NCBI GenBank assembly: GCA_963664215.1
Contig: OY761015.1
Direction: 5' to 3' (one strand)
DNA from: Candidatus Poribacteria bacterium
Lineage (GTDB): Bacteria; Poribacteria; WGA-4E; WGA-3G
DNA length: 64,000 nucleotides
Part shown: positions 58,010 to 64,000 of the stretch, piece by piece
Layout: each line of letters opens with the position of its first letter
Numbering within the stretch: the first letter of the stretch is position 1
Translations under genes and position numbers: made by a program
Notes under the pieces: model-generated
What the model was told of the DNA's origin: nothing
Database searches by the model: none
What the model saw: only the letters and a program-made list of their open reading frames with translations

Positions 58010-60985
58010 CTATTTTTCTTCAAGCCCGATGTGCAATATCCCCCGATCTTCAGTAGCACTATAAAGCCTATTGTTAGCAATAGCGAGGGCATTGATTTCA
58101 TCTGGTACTTCTGAAGCAACCTGGGTCCATTGACTATAAGGGTCCAAATGATGGACCCCCGCATCGCCAATACCGTAAACTTTAGAGTCGTCCATAGCAA
58201 ATTTGTCTATGATGGTACGCGCCCCAGTGTTATCTGTTATCACGCGCCAGTGTTCGCCGGTTTGTGAAACTAAAACACCAGTGTCAGTTGCGATGTAAAC
58301 GGTTGATCTCACAAAAGCGATCTCATTGAAGCGGATAAATCGGAGTGGAAGGCTGGGTGTAACATCTTTCCAATAAGTTCCCCCATCCAGGGACTGAAAC
58401 AACTTACCATTCCGTTTCCCGACGTAGACGGTTTCTCCCGATACCGCTACCTTGAGTCCCTTTCTGGAATCACGGTCAAACATGTGACTTGTATCTACCA
58501 ATCCAGTATTTATCCACTCTGGATCTCCAAGCCTCCATTTGAAAAGTCCGCGTTTGTATTCCACGTAGAATACATCACGACTGACTGCAACTGTTTTGAC
58601 TTCCACATTTCCAGGAACAGGAGATGTAGAGGTTGACGCAGCGCCTTCTTTTGAGCTGTCGGACGAGCGTTTTGTCTTTACCTTCGTGCCACTTGCCCAC
58701 AATTCGGGAGATAACGTTCTATCATCAAAAGCAGGTATGCCTTGTACAAGACTGAGCGTATTGCCATCTGTAGATAAGCGGAAAATTTTCAATTTCTTTT
58801 CTGCACGTGCGAAAAAATATAGACAATTGTCATCCGCTATCAGTTTTGAATAAAAAAGAGTATAGACGCGAACCTTGTTCTCGTTTTGTTCTGACCATTC
58901 AAACTCAGTACCCTCCACCTCAAAGTTTCCGTCAATCGCAAGATTTTTCCAAGACCTACCTTCATCGGTTGATTCGTAAACCTCATAACCTGTATACGCG
59001 TATAATCTGTTGTTGCATACAACCAAATCCTTTAGCCTTGTTCCCATCATCCCATTCACAAATAGACGCCACGATTTACCACCATTGGTCGTGCGAAAAA
59101 TACCGTATGGACCAGTTTTGTAAAATGTTTTCTCATTCACCGCCACAGCTGGAAGGCTGTTGACCATGAACATATTCGTATCTCCTGCAAATTCTGTCCA
59201 AGTTTGTCCACCATCTGTTGAATGAGATTCGGTGGCACCCAATGTTATGAGCGTTTCGCCAGCCGCCAAAACCCCTATACCCGATGGTACCGCCTCTGAG
59301 TAATCCTTATACGTTATTTCAGTCCAAGATTCTCCTAAGTCAGCGGAATGACAAATTCTGACTGAATGTGATTCGCTTTTCGACACTATTTGTTCTGTTG
59401 CTCTTGGAGTGAATCCCAACAGATAGGGACCCGTTCCCATATAGAGGTTATTCCCAGATACTGTCAAGGAGTAGACGGCTCTTGATGTCTCCACAGGCAA
59501 CTTTTTCCAAACACCTGAGTCGAGACGGTAGAGACCGCGCCCTGTACCCGTAAATACCGTTTCTCCAACAGCAGTCACTGCCGAAATTATTTCGCCTGTC
59601 AAGCCATCGTTAAACGGATGCCATTGTATCCCACCGTCTGTGGATCGGAAAACTCCTGCATCCCTAAGTGCCAGATACATCGTGATATCTGCTTGTGAAT
59701 CGGCATCTTGGGGTGCGTCTGTGATGATGAATCCAACGGCGTGGCCCTTTGGTCGGGGACCCAGCATATGCCACGTCTCACCACGATCAACTGAAGTGAA
59801 TATTTCATCCACAGAGGCGATATACAGGCTTCCGTTATGTTCTGCCATCGGCATTCGAGAGTTATCTATCGGGAAGCTCGCGTTGACGTGTGTCCATGCG
59901 GTCGCATCTGCTGCTAATTTGAACATTCCTGTGGGGGCAACAGCATAGACAGTTCCTTCAGATGTAGCGAACATACTACGGACATGGCCCCCTGGCGGTG
60001 CGCTCCCCTGCGTCCATTGTGAGAAGGCGGTGGACTCGCGTGAATCCTCTAACATATTGGATTTTGAAACGGTTTCAAAATCCTGGATACCAGCACTGCT
60101 TCTACCCGGAGTAGTGGTTTCCCCAAACTGATTGCGTATAGCCGGCTTTGATACAATATCAAGGACGATAGGAGCATCAACAATTTCAATTGTAAGTTCA
60201 GATTCCGCCTCAAAACTATACGGTTTCTGGAACCAAGCGAGGAGTTGGTTACTCACGCCGAGCATCAACATAACCAAAACCACCGCCGTCCCGAAAGCCG
60301 CCCACGGTAGTAATGGCTTTCCAACTGGAGGCTGTATCGGTTTCATGTTTGCGACCTGTTCCATGATACGCGCAGTGAAATCGGCAGGGATTTGGATGCT
60401 TCCGAGCGTTTCACTCACCAAGAATTCCTCTTGTTGTTCCTGTAAACGTTTCCGACCCCGGCGAAGTCGGCTCTTAATCGTGTTCACCGACACGCCTAAG
60501 AGTTTTCCAATCTCCTTTGCTGTCATCTCTCCGAGGAAGTGGAGTGTTACCACTGTGCGTTCACTCTCCGGTAGTTTTGCCAGAAGTTTTTTGACGAGTT
60601 CATGGCGATTTTCGGTAATCTCTGTCTGTCGCTGTTCCGATACGTGATGTGTGTAAGAGGATTCTTCGATGTCTTCCACAGGTGTGTCCTCCAATGAGTG
60701 CATCACAGATGTGTTTTTATTCTTTTGAAGCCATTTAAGGCAGAGTCGACTCGCGATGACATACATCCATCCCGAGAACTGATTTGGATTCTTGAGTTGC
60801 GCGAGATTCTTATAGACTTGAAGGAAAGTGTCTTGTGCAATCTCTTCAGCAATGTGAAAATCACCAACTTTTCGCCACGCAAGTGCGTGAATACCCTTTT
60901 GGTGCCTACGGACCAAAGTACCGAATGCTTCATCGTCACCCAACAAAATTCGTCGAATGAGTTGAACATCGTTTTTCTTATCCAT
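58010..60985 (-). CDS. ECF-type sigma-70 factor fused via one TM helix to a large periplasmic BNR/Asp-box beta-propeller domain
   Basis: 991 aa; sigma70 region 2 (FLQVYKNLAQL) and region 4 (LPESERTVVTLHFLGEMTAKEIGKLLGVSVNTIKSRLRRGR); TM PLLPWAAFGTAVVLVMLMLGV; >=7 Asp-box units SxDxGxTW. Confidence 0.75.
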   Translation of the reverse strand: MDKKNDVQLIRRILLGDDEAFGTLVRRHQKGIHALAWRKVGDFHIAEEIAQDTFLQVYKNLAQLKNPNQFSGWMYVIASRLCLKWLQKNKNTSVMHSLEDTPVEDIEESSYTHHVSEQRQTEITENRHELVKKLLAKLPESERTVVTLHFLGEMTAKEIGKLLGVSVNTIKSRLRRGRKRLQEQQEEFLVSETLGSIQIPADFTARIMEQVANMKPIQPPVGKPLLPWAAFGTAVVLVMLMLGVSNQLLAWFQKPYSFEAESELTIEIVDAPIVLDIVSKPAIRNQFGETTTPGRSSAGIQDFETVSKSNMLEDSRESTAFSQWTQGSAPPGGHVRSMFATSEGTVYAVAPTGMFKLAADATAWTHVNASFPIDNSRMPMAEHNGSLYIASVDEIFTSVDRGETWHMLGPRPKGHAVGFIITDAPQDADSQADITMYLALRDAGVFRSTDGGIQWHPFNDGLTGEIISAVTAVGETVFTGTGRGLYRLDSGVWKKLPVETSRAVYSLTVSGNNLYMGTGPYLLGFTPRATEQIVSKSESHSVRICHSADLGESWTEITYKDYSEAVPSGIGVLAAGETLITLGATESHSTDGGQTWTEFAGDTNMFMVNSLPAVAVNEKTFYKTGPYGIFRTTNGGKSWRLFVNGMMGTRLKDLVVCNNRLYAYTGYEVYESTDEGRSWKNLAIDGNFEVEGTEFEWSEQNENKVRVYTLFYSKLIADDNCLYFFARAEKKLKIFRLSTDGNTLSLVQGIPAFDDRTLSPELWASGTKVKTKRSSDSSKEGAASTSTSPVPGNVEVKTVAVSRDVFYVEYKRGLFKWRLGDPEWINTGLVDTSHMFDRDSRKGLKVAVSGETVYVGKRNGKLFQSLDGGTYWKDVTPSLPLRFIRFNEIAFVRSTVYIATDTGVLVSQTGEHWRVITDNTGARTIIDKFAMDDSKVYGIGDAGVHHLDPYSQWTQVASEVPDEINALAIANNRLYSATEDRGILHIGLEEK

Positions 60986-61223
60986 CAGAATACTCCAAGA
61001 TTATATGCCGCCGAGTTTAGACTAACACAGCGGTAAATAGACAATTTCTCTCAATATCGAGTTACTTCCCTACTGGAGAGTATACCAAACACAACGCTAA
61101 AATGAAACCGTTAAATTTGCAACATCACTTTATCGTTCTATAATTAAAGATACTATTTTGAGAGGGAAAGGGTGCATAACTTAGAAAAAAATAACAGAAA
61201 CCTGAATTTTTATTTGATTGCGA

Positions 61224-62345
61224 TCAAATATCAGAACGGAAGAATTTCAGAAACGCTACCGTTGTCAATACCACCGCAAAGAAGCAGAGCAGCAGCACAT
61301 CCACCGCCGATTGACGGAATGTCTCTCCTAAGGTTGGGGTTTCTAAAGATGATGGCTGCCTGATTTTGACGATGTCTCTCTCTGGGTGGAACGTTCTCGT
61401 GATAGCATGGTCTATAATTTTACTGAACACATCCGTCTGAAGCGCATCATAGTAACGCTCACCTGCTTGAAAGTAGGCATTTCTTTTTCGTTTTCCAGTC
61501 TGTGTTAAATTTGTAGCGAGATAGGTTAGGGAGGATGTCGGTGTGATTCGTGAAAGCGTTTCACCTACCTGCTCTTGGTGCTTCTTTTCACGCTGATAGT
61601 TTCGATCTATTTCATCAGTATGCTCTTTGAATTTCTGCCGAAATTCCTCTTCGAGAGGTTTCATCTGTTCATCCACCTTTTCTCCGATTTCCCCCTGTTC
61701 TTCAAAGGAAGGTTGCCGACGATCCTTCCAGTGTTCTTTGTGTATTTCCCTTTGTTTCTCTTCAAGTTCTGCCTTGAAATTCTCACGGAGAGCCGTCTTT
61801 TCCAGATAGACACTCTGTGATGTTCGCGTTGGCGCGATGAATTTCGCCGCGATAAATCCGACGCGCGGCGTAATCAGCACGGCAAACACCCAAACCGTAA
61901 AGGCGACGATGAGTGCAGTCTTGGAATTATCTAAGTAGGTTGAAATGACTGTCCCTATCGCGAAGAAAACCGTAATATAGAGCAGCGAGGCGAGAGTTAG
62001 ACTAAACACCCGTGGAAAAATTTCGGGTTCACCGAGGGGAAAACCTTGCCAGACAAGTACCAATAAGCCGAACAGAAAGGATACCAAAAACGGCACCACG
62101 AATACTATATATCCACCAATTAATTTACTCCACAGAAAGAGGTCACGCGGCAGAGAATTCGCTAAGGTGACCCGAAGAGTACCCGCTTCTCGCTCCCCAG
62201 CAACTGCATCAAAGGTAAATAGCAGCGCGAGCAAACTGAAAACAGTGCCTACAAGAAAAAGAAAGTCGAGATGTCCGAAAAGATAGGAAAGGGAATCCGA
62301 AACCAAAGCCGGAGCTCCTTGAATAATCCCACTGACATTTCTCAC
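61224..62345 (-). CDS. ABC-2 family permease, C-terminal portion (TM2-TM6 with ExExGTL motif) plus long charged coiled-coil insert
   Basis: DAVAGEREAGTLRVTLANSLPRDL motif of ABC-2 permeases; GTG start only; TM1 is encoded separately at 62596-62976. Confidence 0.5.
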   Translation of the reverse strand: MRNVSGIIQGAPALVSDSLSYLFGHLDFLFLVGTVFSLLALLFTFDAVAGEREAGTLRVTLANSLPRDLFLWSKLIGGYIVFVVPFLVSFLFGLLVLVWQGFPLGEPEIFPRVFSLTLASLLYITVFFAIGTVISTYLDNSKTALIVAFTVWVFAVLITPRVGFIAAKFIAPTRTSQSVYLEKTALRENFKAELEEKQREIHKEHWKDRRQPSFEEQGEIGEKVDEQMKPLEEEFRQKFKEHTDEIDRNYQREKKHQEQVGETLSRITPTSSLTYLATNLTQTGKRKRNAYFQAGERYYDALQTDVFSKIIDHAITRTFHPERDIVKIRQPSSLETPTLGETFRQSAVDVLLLCFFAVVLTTVAFLKFFRSDI

Positions 62346-62595
62346 AACTATTCAGACCCTGTAAAAAATAAGTGAAAATGAAACTTTTTACCCCTATAAC
62401 CATTGACTTCGTGAAAACAAACGCACGCACATTTTACAGGAGTGAAAGTTTTCTAATTCTCCTAAACCGAATAACATTCATACGAAATACAGATGAAAAA
62501 CCTCTCTAATGGACGATTTTATTCTATTTTGTATTGGAGATAAGGCATTTTTTTTCACACAATGGAGATCTATCCATTCGCATTTTTTAGCATTT

Positions 62596-62976
62596 TCATA
62601 ACCTCACATTGAGAGAACCCTGATAGATAGTAGCTTCTGAGGACTTTTGAGAAATCCCAGTCCCATTACGGGTCATGCCAAGGTGACTTGGCAGCGCGTC
62701 TCCTAATCCATTTGCAAACACACTCAAAGGGGTCGGTTTGAGAAAGAGTTTAGAAATCTCAATCTCCGGTTCCAGCGGCATCTTGGGGTTTACTGTCTTT
62801 TCTTCAATATTTGCCAGTTTAACGGCTTCTTGATAGTCTACTAAGTTTTGGCGATAGTTTCGATAGTTAATAGAAAGGGTCAGCGGAATGAGTAGGAGAC
62901 ACATCAACAGAAGCGCGACAAACCGGACGCTCAGAATGTGCAGCATAATCTCTTTTTGAATCATCGTCATTAACAT
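62596..62976 (-). CDS. ABC-2 family permease N-terminal fragment (TM1 + periplasmic loop start), separated from remainder by ~250 bp AT-rich non-coding DNA
   Basis: MLMTMIQKEIMLHILSVRFVALLLMCLLLIPLTL matches ABC-2 permease N-terminus; stop then 62346-62595 lacks coding potential. Confidence 0.4.
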   Translation of the reverse strand: MLMTMIQKEIMLHILSVRFVALLLMCLLLIPLTLSINYRNYRQNLVDYQEAVKLANIEEKTVNPKMPLEPEIEISKLFLKPTPLSVFANGLGDALPSHLGMTRNGTGISQKSSEATIYQGSLNVRL

Positions 62977-63096
62977 ATTGAACTCCCTTTAATTTGATTC
63001 TAACAGGACTTACGCATTTTTCCGTGATAACGGACGTATGACACCCTGCAGGCGGGGTTTGAAACCTCGCTTGCAAAGGGACTGCGTAAGTTCTAT

Positions 63097-64000
63097 CTAA
63101 TTTGGCTCGTCAGGAGGCAGTGGTTCCTGAGGATGCATCGGTTCTTCGGGGCGTTCTAAAGCCTCTTGTGTGCGCGCAATCTGTTTCCTTGCGTGCTCAA
63201 GTTGCTCCCTAACATGCTCAAGCTGCTGTGAATTCAACGTTTTCTGGGCACCTCTAACCTGTTCAATGCTATGTTCAAGTTGAACCAGAGCGCGTGCAAT
63301 TGATTCCTTACTGCGTTTAACGGCAAGTTTAACTTGCTCTCTACTACGTTCTATTTGCGCTTTAGAACGTTCTATTTGTTCTTTACTCTGCTCAATCTGC
63401 GCTTTGGCACGTTCAACTATTTTCTTACTACGTTCAATCTGTTTTGCAGCTGCCCGGATCTTGGTGTGCTTGCTTACCAACTTCTTGATGTAAGCGGCTT
63501 CATAAGTTTCCCAATCATCTGTTGGTGGAATACCGCGATACCCCGCCTCATACAAATTTGGATTGTCTGCCAAGAGTGCCAAAAGGTAACGCTCTGCTAA
63601 CAAGGACGCATACTCGTCGGAGCTATCTATGGTGATGCCTTCATCCAAAAGCAGCTGAAGCCATTCTGCCCGTGGATACCTTGCATCTATCTCATTGATT
63701 GTGAGGTCGCTGCTATAAGTCGTAGTTTCTGGCTGTTCCAGTATCTCCCCGTTGCGAATCACCAGACTGCCATCGGATATAATCACTTTGGTCTCTGGCA
63801 GCCTCTTTGACAGTGCCTTATTGTAATCCGCATCTAACGCTTTCATCACTTCCTGCGCGTTTTGAGGACCGGTATACCTTTTATAACTGGATGGCATCGA
63901 GGTGAATTCAATGGATTCACTTTTTATCTCTGTCTTCGACGATCCAGTTTCGGAACTTTCTGTATATGCATGGGTGCCTCCCCACAAAAGGATGGTGAGT
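63097..64000 (-). CDS. coiled-coil protein with tandem QIERSK-type repeats, N-terminus beyond window
   Basis: Frame open to window edge (…LTILLWGGTHAY…); C-terminal AKQIERSKKIVERAKAQIEQSKEQIERSKAQIERSREQ repeats. Confidence 0.5.
   Translation of the reverse strand, partial: LTILLWGGTHAYTESSETGSSKTEIKSESIEFTSMPSSYKRYTGPQNAQEVMKALDADYNKALSKRLPETKVIISDGSLVIRNGEILEQPETTTYSSDLTINEIDARYPRAEWLQLLLDEGITIDSSDEYASLLAERYLLALLADNPNLYEAGYRGIPPTDDWETYEAAYIKKLVSKHTKIRAAAKQIERSKKIVERAKAQIEQSKEQIERSKAQIERSREQVKLAVKRSKESIARALVQLEHSIEQVRGAQKTLNSQQLEHVREQLEHARKQIARTQEALERPEEPMHPQEPLPPDEPN
63190..63470. repeat. tandem ~30 bp degenerate DNA repeats within coiled-coil gene
   Basis: Repeated CGTTCTATTTG..CTTTAGAACG/CTCTGCTCAATCTGCGCTTTGGCACGTTCAA units. 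Confidence 0.6.

Overview
This 64 kb bacterial window is mostly chromosomal housekeeping and accessory genes. Gene architectures hint at an uncultured PVC-like or sponge-associated lineage: a membrane-tethered ECF sigma fused to a BNR beta-propeller, many NHL/HEAT/TPR repeat proteins, and at least six short intergenic repeat families. That placement is low-confidence inference. Calls are made from reading the sequence and the ORF track.

Recognisable genes include:
- tsaB, trpF, purD, nusB and tRNA-Ala(GGC);
- two tandem ammonium transporters (amt), each preceded by a paralogous small putative outer-membrane beta-barrel gene;
- an lptF/lptG-like permease pair followed by an ICMT-family methyltransferase;
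- gamma-glutamyltranspeptidase, a Ski2/HelY-type helicase, a GT39 glycosyltransferase and two SDRs;
- a polyprenyl synthase plus class I aldolase operon, and an M14 carboxypeptidase-like protein;
- a NicO/RcnA-type transporter with a His-rich loop;
- a minus-strand cluster of a MacB-like permease, a thioredoxin-like lipoprotein, an IS4 insertion, two ABC exporters, the ECF sigma fusion and a split ABC-2 permease.

Notable non-standard features:
- An in-frame TGA sits exactly at the redox-motif position of a thioredoxin-fold lipoprotein (50408-50410). It could be a selenocysteine codon or a nonsense mutation.
- An ORF-free stretch of about 600 bp lies just outside the IS4 element and carries a textbook TTGACA-N17-TATACT promoter plus pseudoknot-capable hairpins. 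It is a candidate structured ncRNA.
- A recurrent CCGCAAGGnAnAATTAAAAAATG leader sits directly on at least eight start codons.
- A conserved ~78 nt element occurs twice.
- A -1 frameshift in a G-run splits an NHL-repeat gene.
- A stand-alone RelA/SpoT CC-domain plus winged-helix protein sits next to a VWA membrane protein.

No CRISPR array, rRNA or canonical defence system was recognised.
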